DNA of 36,900 bases from Orycteropus afer (GCF_000298275.1 NW_006921853.1:3431147-3468046); one strand, 5' to 3'; counted from the stretch's first letter, positions 1 through 12,235 are shown. The notes: generated by a model from the sequence alone, not told the origin. Numbers and translations are program-made.

Positions 1-556
1 CAGTCCCTGGCTAGAAGGGTGATTTTTAGGTTAATTCTTAAGTCCTACCACCACTCGGGAATCTCCAAGCTGTCTGTGCCTTCAGGATCGCTCAGGATTG
101 CTGCCAGACTGCAGCTCCGTATGTCTCCTTTTTTGGTATTTTCACACAAATTCTGCTAGTTGGGGTTTAGTCCACTTCCATATCCTTCCCTTCAAGGCTT
201 AGGGGTCCTGGATTATCTTCTGTGTCTGTGTTAATTGGTTTCCCTTTTCTTTGTTGGAGAGGGTCTGTGCAGTCTTTCTGCCTTGTCTGCCATCTTGCCG
301 GAACCTGTGTCTTCAAGCTGATTCTTCTGTCTGCTCAAATCTGTTGTTGAATGTTTCTACTGAATTTTTCATTTGTTACTGTACATTTCAACTCTAGAAT
401 TTCCATTTGATTCTTTTTAATAATTTCTATCTCTTTATTGATATGCTCTTTTTTCATGCTTTTTTTTTCTGATTTCCTTTAGTTCTTTGTGTTTTCCTTT
501 AGCTTTTTCACCATATTTAAGACAGTTGTTTTACAATATTTGTCTAGTAAATCCAT
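1..556 (-). mobile_element. L1 LINE 5'-region fragment. The same family recurs at 22790-22960.
   Basis: Block 160-330 matches 22790-22960, which sits 5' of a minus-oriented L1 ORF1 N-terminus. No host coding signal is present. Confidence 0.35.
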
Positions 557-1045
557 TGTCTAGGCTTCCTTGAAGATGAAGGTGTGCTCTGCACAAGCCA
601 TGGTATTTTCAGTTGCCTCATATGCATGTGAGAGCTGGACAATGAAAAAGGAGGACTTAAGAAGAGTCGGTGCTTTTGAGTTGTGGTGCTGGTAAAGAAT
701 GCTGAAAATACCATGGACTGCTGAAAGAACTAAGAAATCTGTCCTGGACAGAGTACAGCCAGAATGCTCCCTCCAAGCAAGAATGGCAAAACTTCGTCTC
801 ATGTACTTTGGTCATGTTGTAAGAAGGGACTGTTCCCTGGAGAAGGATATCATGCTTGGTAGTGGAGGGTCACCGAAAGAGGGGAAAGCCCTCAACAAGA
901 TGGATTGACACAGTGACTGCAACGATGGGCCCAGGTATAGGAGGGATCATGGAGCTGGCACAGGACTAGGCAGTGTTTTGTTCAGCTGTAGATAAGGTTG
1001 CTATGAGTCAGCAATGACTCGATGGCACCTAACAACAACAGACTT
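557..1045 (+). mobile_element. RTE/BovB-type LINE 3' fragment with a 3' tail shared with AfroSINEs.
   Basis: ORF 699..908 gives 'KIPWTAERTKKSVLDRVQPECSLQARMAKLRLMYFGHVVRRDCSLEKDIMLG'. It ends in the tail '...gttgctatgagtcagcaatgactcgatggcacctaacaacaac'. Confidence 0.75.
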
Positions 1046-1592
1046 CCTCAGGGATGGCTGCTTCTGCTTTCTTTTGTTATTTTCAGTGTGTTATCCTTTC
1101 CTGTTTCTTTGTATGCCTTGTAATTTTTTGTTGAACCTTGACATTTAACTATAATGATGTGGTATCTCTGGAAATCAGAAACACATACCCCTTCCCCAGA
1201 ATTTTCTGGTTTTGTCTTTTGATTGTTGAATGTTATAGTAGTCTATTTGATTAGTGACTTTGCCTTTGTATTTTTGCAAAGACTGTCTTACTGGATGTGT
1301 GTGGTCACTGGAGTCTATTCATTAGCTTATGTTCAGTTTTACAAGAGAATATTAGTAGTAGTCGTACTAGTAAAATTCTCTTAGACTTTGCAGATTGGCT
1401 CTGCAAGGCTGGGGAAGTCCTTCATCCCTTAGCCAGGCTTGCAGTTAGCCTAGGAATCAGCCCAAGGTAAAAGCACAGGGACCAACCTGAGGTGAAAGCA
1501 CAGGGTCTTCTCAGGTATTTTCGTGCTTTGGGTTATGTGTAGCTTTCTAAAATCCCACACACACATAGGTGCTTTTGAATGCATGAATTTCC

Positions 1593-1781
1593 TTTGGTGG
1601 TGTAGTGCCTAAGGAACTTGACTGCTAACCAGAAGACTGGTGGTTTAAACCCACCAGCCACTCCTCGGAAGGAAGGTTGGGCAATCTACTTCCGTAGTGA
1701 TACTGCCTCGGAAACCCAAGGAGGGGTCGCTATGAGTCAGATCTGACTTGACGGCACATAACAACAACAACAACAACAACA
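1593..1781 (+). mobile_element. AfroSINE, a tRNA-derived SINE, with a (CAA)n tail.
   Basis: tRNA-like head 'tggtggtgtagtgcctaagg...ggtttaaacccaccagcc' and body '...gggcaatctacttccgtag...gggtcgctatgagtc...gacggcac', followed by caacaacaa... Confidence 0.8.
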
Positions 1782-1794
1782 GTTTTCCTAAAAC

Positions 1795-1925
1795 AACTGT
1801 TCTGCAGTGTTATCCATAATTTGTTAGGATACACACAGCTAAATGCCTTTGCATTGTCAATAAAACAGGTAAAGATCTTTCTGGTATTCTTTGCTTTCGG
1901 CCAAGATCCATCTGACATCAGCAAT
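1795..1925 (-). mobile_element. RTE-type LINE reverse-transcriptase fragment.
   Basis: Minus ORF 1730..1924 contains 'IFTCFIDNAKAFSCVYPNKLWITL', matching the RT motif 'YLCFIDYAKAFDCVDHNKLW'. Confidence 0.6.
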
Positions 1926-2139
1926 GATATTCCTCATTCCACACCCAAGTTCCAAAGTTGCTTGGCTGCTGTAAACCTTTGACTGGTTGCTAGAGATTCC
2001 AATGAGGTTGGTTTCACCACTTTTTGCTTTTCTAGAGGTTCCTGGGGGTGTGGTGGTAGTGGTGGTGGTGGCTTATCCTGCCATCTTGCTAATAGGGTTC
2101 TGACTGTGGTTGTTGTTTTAATTGTGCTAGTGAAATATT

Positions 2140-2352
2140 GGAGCTCTGGTGGCATATGGGAACTCTGGTGGCATATGGGAGCTCTGGTAGCATAGTGCAT
2201 AAGGCATTTGACTGATAACCAGAAGGCTGGAAGTTCAAACACACTAGCCATTCCTCACAAGGAAGATTGGGCAATCTACTTCCGTAGAGATACTGCCTAG
2301 GAAGCCCAAAGGAAGGGTCGCTGTGAGTTGGATTCAACTCGACGGCGGTGAG
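2140..2352 (+). mobile_element. AfroSINE with a tandemly triplicated 5' head.
   Basis: 'ggagctctggtggcatatggg' occurs three times, followed by the canonical body '...ccagaaggctggaagttcaaac...gggcaatctacttccgtagagatactgcc...gggtcgctgtgagttggattcaactcgacggc'. Confidence 0.75.
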
Positions 2353-2624
2353 TTTGCTTTTTGTTTTGGTGAGTGAAATATATGTGTCTGTTACTGAAGA
2401 GATATGTTGAGATTCCCCAAGTTGGAAATAAAAATATCAAGTTTCCCAACCCCTCACCAAAAAAAAAAAAAAGAAAAAAGAAAAAGAAGAAGAAGCCAAT
2501 CCACCCTGAGAATAAACAGCAGCAGCCAGAATACTCACAGCCCATTTGGTTGTGTTCTTAGTTCCTCACACCTTTGGTTCTTATCCATGTCCTTCCTTTA
2601 CAGTCTTGCCAGGATGATGATTAT

Positions 2625-3295
2625 TTTTGTAACTTTCTATTGTGATTTGGGTGAAAGTTTACAGAGAAAATTAGTTTTTCGTACAACACCACATATAACA
2701 ATACTCTTCCTTCTTCCTCCCTATGTTTATCATTTCCCTTTATCCTTCTTTCCTTTACCTTGCTTTCTGAGCTTTATCCCTGGGAAAAGCTACACTTTTG
2801 GTCTTGCGTGATTGACTGCTCTAAGGCGTGAATACCTCCCTGGTGTTACCTTATAAGCCTGTCTATTGTTTTGCTGAAAACTCACAGAGTGAGTTCAGTT
2901 CCAGGCTTGAAAAGTATCTAAGGGCCATAGTCTCAGAGGTTCCACTAGTCTCTGTCAGACCAGTAAGCCTTTTTTTTTTTTTAATGATTTTTTAGTTTTT
3001 CCCACATTTTTCTCCCATTCTATCCAGGACCTCCTATGATGATCCCTTTCAGAGTGGCCAGCAGTGGTAGCCAGGCACCATCTAATTCTAGTCTCATGGT
3101 GGAGGCTGGGGTTCATGTAGTCCATTACTCTTCTGGACTAATTATTTCCTTGCATCTTTGGTTTTCTTTACTCTTCTTTGCTCCTGATGGGAAGAAGCCA
3201 CTAGTTGTACCTTATATTATTTTATTGTTAGGTAGAGCATGTATTGGAAACATTCTTGGCAGTACCCACCAGTGTTGACTTAATATTATTGTCAA
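2625..3295 (-). mobile_element. L1 3'-UTR-derived fragment of the Afrotherian L1 family.
   Basis: Shares the blocks 'tgtgatttgggtgaaagtttacagag...' and '...ccaggacctcct...agtggtagccaggcaccatctag' with the 3' UTR of the L1 at 14656-16560. Confidence 0.5.
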
Positions 3296-4009
3296 TTTAT
3301 CTCTGTTAGTATGGGGAATATAAGAAGCATTTTTGCTAACCTCCACTTTGGTTATGGCTTCCTCCTTAAATAATAACAAAGCATTTGAATGCTCTTTAAT
3401 TTGCTGTCCATTTTATAAGAATTCTTGTAGATGTCAGTGTTGAGTGTTGTGTGTCAGTAGAAGAATCTACAACACGCAGAACCATTACATTTCATAGAGA
3501 CATTAGACCTAAAGCAAGGGAAGTTTTCATACATATTGCTATTATTGCTGTATCTCTTAGACAAGGTGGATATGCCTTGACCATTGGATCTAATGAAAGA
3601 CTGAAATGAGCAACAGGCCTCTGCTGAATCCCCATGTAACTGAGTTAATACCCCTGGTGCTTGTTCAGACTTTTAATGAAAAAAAAGGGAAAAGGGTAAG
3701 TCCTAGAAACAGATCTTTTCCTAGATAGTTATCATACCAGTCTTCATGCTTAAAATGAGTATTTGTTGTTGTTTTTCAACTTGAAAAATATACTGTCTTT
3801 GACAGATATTCATATTAATATATTTTACTCATGTGTAAATAGCCCAGGAAGATAAACTCTTTTTGACTAATTAGTTAGCAAAAAAATTATGATTTTAGTC
3901 AACAAAACTAAACTGCCATACATTTTTTGTAATGCATTTAATTGAAATATAATTTATGTACGGTGAAATACACAAAACTAAAGTGACATGGGTCAGTGCA
4001 TTTTTTTTT

Positions 4010-4262
4010 TTTTGCAATGTTCCCTCCCCTCCCCTTCCCTCCCCTCCCACCCTGGTAACCAACAAAGAAAGTTTCCTTTCATATATAAACCTTTCCTTGA
4101 CTTTTTACAATAATGAACTAATACTATATTTGTCCTTCCGTGATTGACTTATTTCACTCAGCATAATGTCCTCCAGGTTCATCCATGTTATGCGGTCTTT
4201 TGCAGATTCTACATTATTCTTTAGTGCTGCATAGTATTCCGTTGTGTGTATGTACGGTATTA
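4010..4262 (-). mobile_element. L1 ORF2 C-terminus and 3'-UTR-start fragment.
   Basis: Near-identical to 15830-16090, which lies just 3' of the recognisable L1 ORF2 C-terminal ORF. Diagnostic string 'ggtaaccaacaaagaaa...ttcactcagcataatgtcctcc...'. Confidence 0.6.
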
Positions 4263-5450
4263 ACTGCCATACATGTTGAATTAATTAAAATTTGGAGGAT
4301 TCTGGACCTAATCACTCATATTGTCCTCCTTTTCATAGAGTGAAGGAGCAGATCTTTGTGTTACCTAATGACCATTTTAGGAAACTCAAAATTTTCTTAA
4401 TAGTTTTATTAGTCTAAATTTTGAACCTGAATGTGGGAAAGGCAAAAACAAGAATAGTTGTAGAGGAGACAAGATATAACTAATAAATATCTAAAGAAAA
4501 GAAATATTTACAGGCAGTAATTGTAAGCATGTATAGCCATAACAGCAATGGTTATTAGGATATTAATGTTTTCTAAAGTAAGAAATTTTTCAAAATGCAT
4601 ATAAGAGAATGTCAAAAAGCTTCAAGAATTCACAGAATATTTGAAGGAACTCCTACTGATCTGGGCATAAAGCAACTCAGTCCTTTTGAAGAAAGAAGGG
4701 AAAAAGGACCCTAATTGTAATTTTACTTCTCTTATACATTATTCATGTAACAATTTTCAGTAAACAATTTAATAATGTACCTTTATATGTATGTATGTAT
4801 ACACAGATATATAAATATACAGAGAAGTAATAAATTGAAAGCTTTAAAATATGACTAACTTATCCAGATATGAAATTTAAGAAATGTGTTCAACATACTA
4901 ACTTTACCATCTTGGTAAATTATAATATATGACATATAAATTAAAATGTACAATAAAAATCATACTCATACCTCCTCATAAACCCAAGGAAGGGTCGCTA
5001 TGAGTTGGATCTGACTCCATGGCAGTGCATTTTTTTTTTTTTTCGTTGTATTTTTTCAAACTAATTATACCTGGTATAGTCAGTCATTTATATTAATTAT
5101 CACCTTTAACCAAAGTAACCCAACTTTTATTTTTTACCAAACACAAGAGAAAATTAGAAAACAGAACACCAAGAATTATTTAGCTACTTTTTTCTCTAAG
5201 AATTTATTAAAAAAAAAAAAAATTCATTTAATGCTATTTTAACAAATTTGTGGTGGCAAAAAAGAAAAAACCACAAACATAAAGACATTTCCATATTTTG
5301 GTAATCTATTATTGCCATTCTAAGAAATAAGGGTAAAAATTATGTTTGGTGGCCAATATTTTATATTTGTTTCTTATGTAGAAATTGCCCAGACTTCTAA
5401 ACATTATTTATTAACTAACTTAATTATTTGTCTATGGCCTTAAAATTAGT

Positions 5451-5625
5451 GGGAGCTCTGGTGGCATAGTGCCTAAGGCACTTGGCTGCTAACCAGAAGG
5501 CTAGTGGTTCAAATCCACCAGCCACTCCTCAGAAGGAAGACTGGGCAATCTACTTCCGTAGAGATACTGCCTCATAAACCCAAGGAGGGGTTGCTATGAG
5601 TTGGATCCGACTCGATGGCAGTGTG
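5451..5625 (+). mobile_element. Full-length AfroSINE.
   Basis: 'gggagctctggtggcatagtgcctaaggcacttggctgctaaccagaaggctagtggttcaaatccaccagccactcctcag...gggcaatctacttccgtagagatactgcc...ggttgctatgagttggatccgactcgatggcag'. Confidence 0.85.
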
Positions 5626-5651
5626 TGTGGTTTGGTTTTTGGTTAAAATTT

Positions 5652-5852
5652 GTTGCCCGAAACCAAATCCAACTCTACTGCTATTGAGCTGATTCTGACT
5701 CATAGCAATCTTATAGGACAGAGTTTCCAAGGCTGTAAATCTTTACAGAAGGAAACTGCCTCATCTTTCTCCTGCAGAGTGGCTGCTGGGTTTGAACCAC
5801 TGCTCTTCTGGTTAGCAGACAATTGTCTTACCCACTATGCCACCAGACCTCC
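5652..5852 (-). mobile_element. tRNA-derived SINE of a second Afrotherian subfamily. It is related to the 18958-19148 copy.
   Basis: The reverse complement begins 'ggaggtctggtggcatagtgggtaagacaattgtctgctaaccagaag...ggttcaaaccc' and carries a body '...cagccttggaaactctgtcctataagattgctatgagtcagaatcagctc'. Confidence 0.65.
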
Positions 5853-6015
5853 TTTTATAGAAAAGATGGGCACAAGGGACAGGTAACCACAGGAAAGAAG
5901 TGGGAAGAGAACTGTTACATTATGGGGATTGCAGTTACCTCATGAAGTAAAATGTGTATGAACTGTTGAATGGAAAACAAATCTGCTTTGTAAACTTTCA
6001 CCCAAATCACAATAA

Positions 6016-8010
6016 AAGGTTTTTTTCCTTTTTTTTTTAAATTTTTATTGTGATTTGGGTGAAACTTTACAGAGCAAATTAATTTTCTGTACAGCAGTTC
6101 ATACACATTTTTATTTCATGACATTGGCTGCAATTCCCCACAATGTAACAGCTCTCTTCCCACTTCCTCCCATAGTTACCTCTTCCTGTTTCCTTCCCTC
6201 CCATGCACTCCTGCCCCTCCCCAGCTGTCTCTCTTTGCAAACAATGCCCTTCTATTCTCCCACAACTGATCACTCCAAGGAGTGTATCCACCTGATGTAA
6301 ATGTTCACCACACATGCCTGCCAAATAACCAAATAACCAAATAATAATTTGGTTGAAGCCACAGGAGTGAGTGAGTTCTAGACCTGAAGGGTAGCTAGGG
6401 GCCATAGTCTCAGGGATCTCACCAAGCTCTATCAGACTAGCAAACCTGGTCTTTTTTTGGGGGGTGAGGAGGATAGGGGTGACCATGGGTCACAATCCAC
6501 TCAAGAGCAAGGGATTTTATTTTATTTATTTATTTTAAAATAGTGATTTGGGTGAAAGTTTACAGAGCATATTCACTTTCCATATAGCAGGTCACATACA
6601 CTTTGTCTCATGACATTGACTACAATTTCCTATAATGCAACAGCTCCCCTCCCAGTTCCTCCCCATAATTACCTCTCCCTGTGTCCTTCCTTCCCATGCA
6701 CTCCTGCCCCCTGAACTGTCTCCCTGTTACATACACAGCCCTTCTATTCTACCATGATTGATCTCCCGAAGGAGTATATCTACCTAATGTAAATTTTCAC
6801 CTCATATTCCTGTCTTTTGTTTGGCTGGAAGCCACAGAAGTGGGCTCAATTCCAGACCTGAAGGACAGCTAGGGGCCTTAGTCTCAGTGGTTCCATAAGG
6901 CTCTATCAGACCAGCAAATCTGGTCTTCGCCCCCCCCCCACTAATGATTTTGAGTATTGTTCCACATTGTTCTCCCACTTTATCCAGGATCTCCTACATA
7001 GATCCCCCTCCAAGTGTGGTTGGCAGTGGTAGCCAGGCACCATCTAGTTCTTCTGATCTCATAGTCATATAGGCTGAGGATCACATGGTGTACCAGTCAC
7101 TTGGACTAATTGTTTCCAGGTGTCTTTGGTTTTCTTTATTCTTCTTTTCTCTGGACAAGGAGAGACCCATCGTTACATCTAGATGGCTGCTTGCAAGTTT
7201 TTAAGATCTCAGTCGCTACTCACCAAAGTAGAATGTGGAACAATGTTTTGTGTAGTATGTTATGAAACCTGGTCTTTTTTTTTTTTATGATTTTGAGTTT
7301 TGTTCCACATTGTTCTCCCACTCTCTCCAGGATCTCCTGAACTGATCCTCTCTGAGTGGTTGACAGTGGTAGCCGGGCACCATCTAGTTCTGTTCTCGTG
7401 GTCATATGGGCTGAGAATCACATGGTCTGCTAGTCTCTTGGATTAACTGTTTCCATGAGTTTTGCTTTTCTTCATTTTTGTTTGCTCTGGATGAGGAGAG
7501 ACGCATTGCATCTAGATAGCCGCTTGCAGGCTTTTAAGACCTAGTCACTACCCACCAAAGTGAGATGTAGAACAAAGTTTTTGTGTAGTATGTTATGCCA
7601 ATTGAGTTTGATGTCCCCTGCGACCATGCTCCCGAGCCCACAGGTCCAAGTACTTGCTCCCTCAGGGTAGCTGGCTGTGGCCAAGAAGTCACCACAACCT
7701 CATCCCTTGTCAGTTCTACTATATACCAGGGCATTCTTACAGCACATACAAATATGCTTGTAGAAACATGATCTGCCAACCCTATGGTCATGGGAACATC
7801 CCCCTTGCCTAGACATACCTGATTGTTCAGCCTGTCCACCCACCTATCTACCCTTAGATCAGTCCTTGCCATCACTGACAACACAATACTGTATATGCAA
7901 AAGGGTTTACCTTTTTGTCTGTACCTCTCAATGTCTTCCTCCTCCTCAGTGCCACTGTGTTGATCATTCAATCAACATTAGTACATTTTCCTTCCCTTCA
8001 CCCAAATCAA
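6016..8010 (-). mobile_element. Cluster of three adjacent L1 3'-UTR-derived fragments, at about 6016-6480, 6507-7250 and 7262-8010.
   Basis: Poly-T runs sit at the low-coordinate ends, marking minus-strand poly(A). All three repeat the blocks 'tgatttgggtgaaagtttacagag', 'ctgaagg.cagctaggggccatagtctcag' and 'ttgttccacattgttctccca...ccaggatctcct...agtggtagccaggcaccatctagttc'. Confidence 0.55.
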
Positions 8011-8039
8011 TACTTGTCTCTACCTTTCTAGCACAATAA

Positions 8040-8240
8040 AATGTTTTTTGTTTTTTTTTTTAGTCATTGTACTTTTGATTTGACTAATGACCTTGAGCAT
8101 CTTTCCAAATGCTTGTTGGACATTTGAATATTCTCTTTGGTAAAATGTCTGTTCAAGTCCTCTGCCCATTTTTTGATTGGATTGTTTATCTTTTTGTTGT
8201 TAAGTTGTAGAAGTATTTTAAATATTTAGGAAATTAAACT
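8040..8240 (+). mobile_element. L1 ORF2 C-terminal fragment.
   Basis: Translation '...[36 protein letters not shown]' resembles the L1 ORF2 C-terminus. Confidence 0.45.
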
Positions 8241-8269
8241 TTGTTGGATATATGGTTCCCCAAGTTTTC

Positions 8270-10965
8270 TCTGGTAGTTAGAAAACTTGGCCTTGGTGAC
8301 AGAAATACCACTGGAGATCATATGATAGAATTTTGCAAGACCAACAACTTACTCATTGCAAATAACTTTTTTCAACAACACAAAAGGTGGCTGTACACAT
8401 GGACTTCACCAGGTGGAGTACACAGGAACCAGATTGACTACATCTGTGGCAAGAGGCAATGGAAAAGCTCAATATCTTTAGCCAAAAAAAGGCCAGGAGC
8501 TGATTGTGGAACAGACCATCACATGCTCATATGCAAATTCAAGTTGAAGTTGAAGACAATTAAAACAAGTCCATGAGAGCCAAATTATGACATTGAATAT
8601 ATGCCTCCTGAATTTAGAGACATCTAAAGAATAGATTTGATGTATTGAAAACCAGTGACCGAAAACCAGAATTGTGGAATGACATTAAGAACATCATCCA
8701 TGAAGAAAGCAAGAGGTCATTAAAAAGACGAGAAAGAAAGAAAAGACCAAAATGGATGTCAGAAGAGACTCTGAAACTTGCCCTAGAGTGGAGAGTAGCT
8801 AAAGCAAAGGGAAGAAATGACAAGGTAAAAGAGCTAAACAGAAGATTTCAAAGAGCAGCTCAAACAGACAAAGCCAATTACTATAATGAAGTGTGCAAAG
8901 ACCAGGAGTTAGAAAACCAAAAGGGAAGAACATGCTTGGCATTTCTCAAGCTGAAAGAACCAAGGAAAAAATTTAAGCCTCGAGTTGCAATGTTGAAAGA
9001 TTCTATGGGCAAAATATTGAATGATGCAGGAAGCATCAAAAGAATATGGAAGGAATACACTGTACCAAAGTGTACAGAGTCACTGTACCAAAAAGAACTG
9101 GTTGATTTTCATCCATTTCAGGAGGTGGCATATGATCAAGAACCAATGGTACTGGAGGAAGAAGTCAAAGCTGCACTGAAGGATTTGGCAAAGAACAAGG
9201 CTCCAGGAATTGATGAAATACCATTTGAAATGTTTCAACAATTGGATGCCTGGCTGAAGGCACTCACTCGGCTATGCCAAGAGATTTGGAAGACAGCTTC
9301 CTGGTCAACTGACTGGAAGAGATCCATATTTGTACCCATTTCAAAGAAAGGTGATCCCACAGAATGTGGAAATTATCAAACAATATCATTAATATCCATG
9401 CAAGTAAAAAGTTACTGAAGATAATTCAAAAATAATTGCAGCAGTATATTGACAGGGAACTTCTAGAAATGCAAGCTGGATTCAGAAGAGAACGTGGAAC
9501 GAGGGATATCATTGCTAATGTCAGATGGATCTTGGATCAAAGCAAAGAATACCAGAAAGATATTTACTTGTGTTTTATTGACTGTCCAAAAGCATTTGAT
9601 TGTGTGGATCATAACAAATTATGGGCAACATTGAGAAGAATGGGAATTCCAGAATACTTAATTGTACTCATAAGGAACCTGTACATAGACTAGGAGGCTG
9701 TTGTTCAAACAGAACAAGGGACACTGCATGGTTTAAAATCAAGAAGGGAGTGCATCAGCAAACAAAAGACAGGCATATGAGTTGAACATTTACCTCAAGT
9801 AGATACATTACTTGGAGAGAACAATCATGGGAGAAAGAAGGGCTGCTTATGCACAGGGAGACAGCTCAGGGGGCAGGAGTGCATGGAGGGATGGACACAG
9901 GGAAGAGGTAACTATGGGGAGGAAGTGGGAGGGGAGCTGTTGCATTGTGGTAAACTGTGGTCAATGTCATGAGACAAAGTATATGTGAACCGCTGTATGG
10001 AGAGTAAATTTGCTCTGTAAACCTTCACCCAAATCACAATTAAAAAAAAAAAAAAAAAAGGGAGTGCATCAGGGTTGTATCCTTTCACCATACTTATTCA
10101 ATCTGTAAGCTGAGCAAATAATCTGAGAAGCTGGACTATATGAAGAAGAACATGGCATCAGGATTGGAGAAACAATCTTTAACAATCTGCAGCATGCAGA
10201 TGACACAACTCTGCTTGCTGAAAGTGAGGATAACTTGAAGCATTTACTGATGAAGATTGAAGAATACAGTCTGCAGTATGGATTACATCTCAATTTAAAG
10301 AAAACAAAAGTCCTCACAACTGGTCCTATAAGCAGTATCATGATAATTGAGAAAAGATTGAAGTTGTCAAAGACTTCACATTGCTTGGTTCTACAATCAA
10401 TGCCAATGGAAACAGCAGTCAAGACATCAGACGACATATAGCACTGGGCAAATCGACTGCAAAGGACCTCTTTCAAGTGCTGAAGAGCTAAGATGTCTCC
10501 TTGAAGACTAAAGTGTGCCTGACACAAGCCATGGTATTTTCAGTTGCCCCATATGCATGTGAGATCTGGACAATGAATAAGAAAGACTGAAGAAAAGTTG
10601 ATGCTTTTGAGTTGTGGTGCTGGCGAAGAATGCTGAAAGTACCATGGGCTGCTAAAAGAACTAACAAATTTGTCCTGGAGGAAGTGCAGCTGGAATACTC
10701 TTTGAAAGCGATAATGGCCAGACTTTGTCTCATCTACTTTGGTCATGTCAGAAAGGACCATTCCCTGGAGAAGGATGTCATTCGTAAGGTGGAGGGTTGA
10801 CAAAAGAGGGGAAGGCCCTCAACGTGATGGATTGACACAGTGGCTGCAGTGATGGGCTCAAGTACAACAAGGATTGTGGAGTTGGCACAGTATCGGGCAG
10901 TGTTTCACTGTGCTGTGCATAGGGTTGCTATGAGTTGGAAATTACTCAACGGCACATAACAACAG
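8270..10965 (+). mobile_element. 5'-truncated RTE/BovB-type LINE covering the EN C-terminus, RT and 3' tail. It is interrupted at 9759-10057 by a nested L1 3'-end insertion.
   Basis: ORFs 8241..8576, 8645..9418 and 9436..9693 carry the motifs 'FRRERGTRDIIANVRWI' and 'YLCFIDCPKAFDCVDHNKLW'. ORFs 10235..10441 and 10612..10800 continue with '...GKVEG' and the tail 'gttgctatgagttggaaattactcaacggcacataacaac'. Confidence 0.85.
9759..10057 (+). mobile_element. 5'-truncated L1 3'-UTR retrocopy with a poly(A) tail. It is flanked by the 15-bp target-site duplication aagggagtgcatcag at 9744-9758 and 10058-10072.
   Basis: Perfect TSD and a poly(A) at 10042-10059. The body is the reverse complement of the 'tgtgatttgggtgaa...' L1 3'-UTR unit. 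Confidence 0.8.
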
Positions 10966-11689
10966 CACAACAAATTTTCTCCCAATTTGTAGGTTGTTTT
11001 TTCAATTTTTTTTTTAATAAAGTCAAATACTTCATTTTCTTTTCGTTATTGTTGACTTTCATTGTCAGTGTCTTGATAAATTTGATCCTTATTTGCCTTT
11101 GGGGGTTGAAAACATCACATGTGAACTTACAGATACCAAGTTATATGATGCCTGTTACATTATCAAGTTATGTGCTGCAACATTGTATGTAGTACATATT
11201 ACTAATGATGAGATGTTGCCAGAATGGCATGGGGGAGGTGTCCTCTGACCTCCACTAACTTCATAAGTTAACTTCATAACGGAAGAGAACATCACAACCA
11301 GCAGCCCAAGGCTGATTCCTATGAGGTGGAAGTCAGATGTGCCTCTACCCTCCAACCTTTTCACCAATCTGACATTAACCGTCCCTCCACAGCACTCTGT
11401 AATTCTCTGCTGCGTTCAGTAATTCATAGAAATGGCTACATAGAATTCACAGATAATACTCATGCTTATGGGGTTTACTGCAGAAGTAACTGGTTACAGT
11501 TCAGGTTCAGGAACACTCAGGATACAATTCTTCAATTGGCAACTTCTCAGCCACGCTGAGGCACACTCTTTGGCCTCGGCCTCTGCCCTACTTGGGCAGG
11601 TGTCACAAAGCAAGTTTAGCTTTGCTGATAGGTGCCCAAGGAAGCACCCACTCTGCCAGCAAGACTCCTGTCTAATGGCACTTAGCTTT

Positions 11690-11935
11690 CTTGTTCCATT
11701 GGCCAAGAAGCCTGTTGCTGTGTCTCACGCCCGTCTCTTGTTCCATTGGCCGAGAAGCCTGTTGCTGTGTCTCAACGCCCGTCTCTTGTTCCATTGGCCG
11801 AGAAGCCTGTTGCTGTGTCTCACCGCCCGTCTCTTATTCCATTGGCCGAGAAGCCTGTTGCTGTGTCTCACCGCCCGTCTCTTGTTCCATTGGCCGAGAA
11901 GCCTGTTGCTGTGTCTCATGCTCGTCTCTTGGTTC
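11690..11935. repeat. 48-bp minisatellite of about five units, 'ccattggccgagaagcctgttgctgtgtctcaccgcccgtctcttgtt'.
   Basis: Five head-to-tail copies at about 11697, 11744, 11792, 11840 and 11888, with a few substitutions. It produces the repetitive ORFs 11462..12031, 11691..12179 and 11746..12090 on plus and 11725..11961 on minus. Confidence 0.85.
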
Positions 11936-12060
11936 TGCCGCCTCTGCTGTCCTGCTGCCATCTCGCCTGTCTCTGCAGCACCGAGATCTCAGGTCCAAGG
12001 ACATGCTCCACTCCTTGCTCTTCTCTCTTGATGCCTCTGGGAAGGCTCATTTTAAGCCTC

Positions 12061-12235
12061 AAACAAACAAAAAAACCTCACTGTCATTGAGTCGATTCCG
12101 ACTCACAGTGACCCATTGGCTTTCCAAGGCAGAGGTAGATTGCCCAACCTTCCTTCTGCTGAGTGCCTTGTGGATTTGAACCACCAGCCTTCTGGTTAGC
12201 AATCAAATGCCTTAGGCACTACGCCACCAAAGCTC
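12061..12235 (-). mobile_element. AfroSINE.
   Basis: The reverse complement gives the tRNA head '...gagctttggtggcgtagtgcctaaggcatttgattgctaaccagaaggctggtggttcaaatcc' and body '...gggcaatctacctctgcc...gggtcactgtgagtcggaatcgactcaatgacag'. Confidence 0.8.

Noticed and set aside
8241-10800. Long ORFs in the six-frame track such as 8645..9418 (257 aa), 9436..9693 and 10235..10441, which could be taken for host genes.
   Set aside because: They carry LINE reverse-transcriptase and endonuclease motifs such as 'FRRERGTRDI' and 'YLCFIDCPKAFDCVDHNKLW'. They belong to a truncated, frame-broken RTE/BovB retrotransposon, not a cellular gene. The same applies to the ORFs at 13872..14093, 23550..23852, 25246..25566, 27249..27656, 27717..28076 and 16089..16388.
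11462-12179. Overlapping 114-189 aa ORFs on both strands with periodic sequence such as 'LLFHWPRSLLLCL'.
   Set aside because: They are artefacts of a 48-bp tandem minisatellite, since 48 is divisible by 3, so every frame stays open. There is no codon-usage asymmetry or other coding signal.
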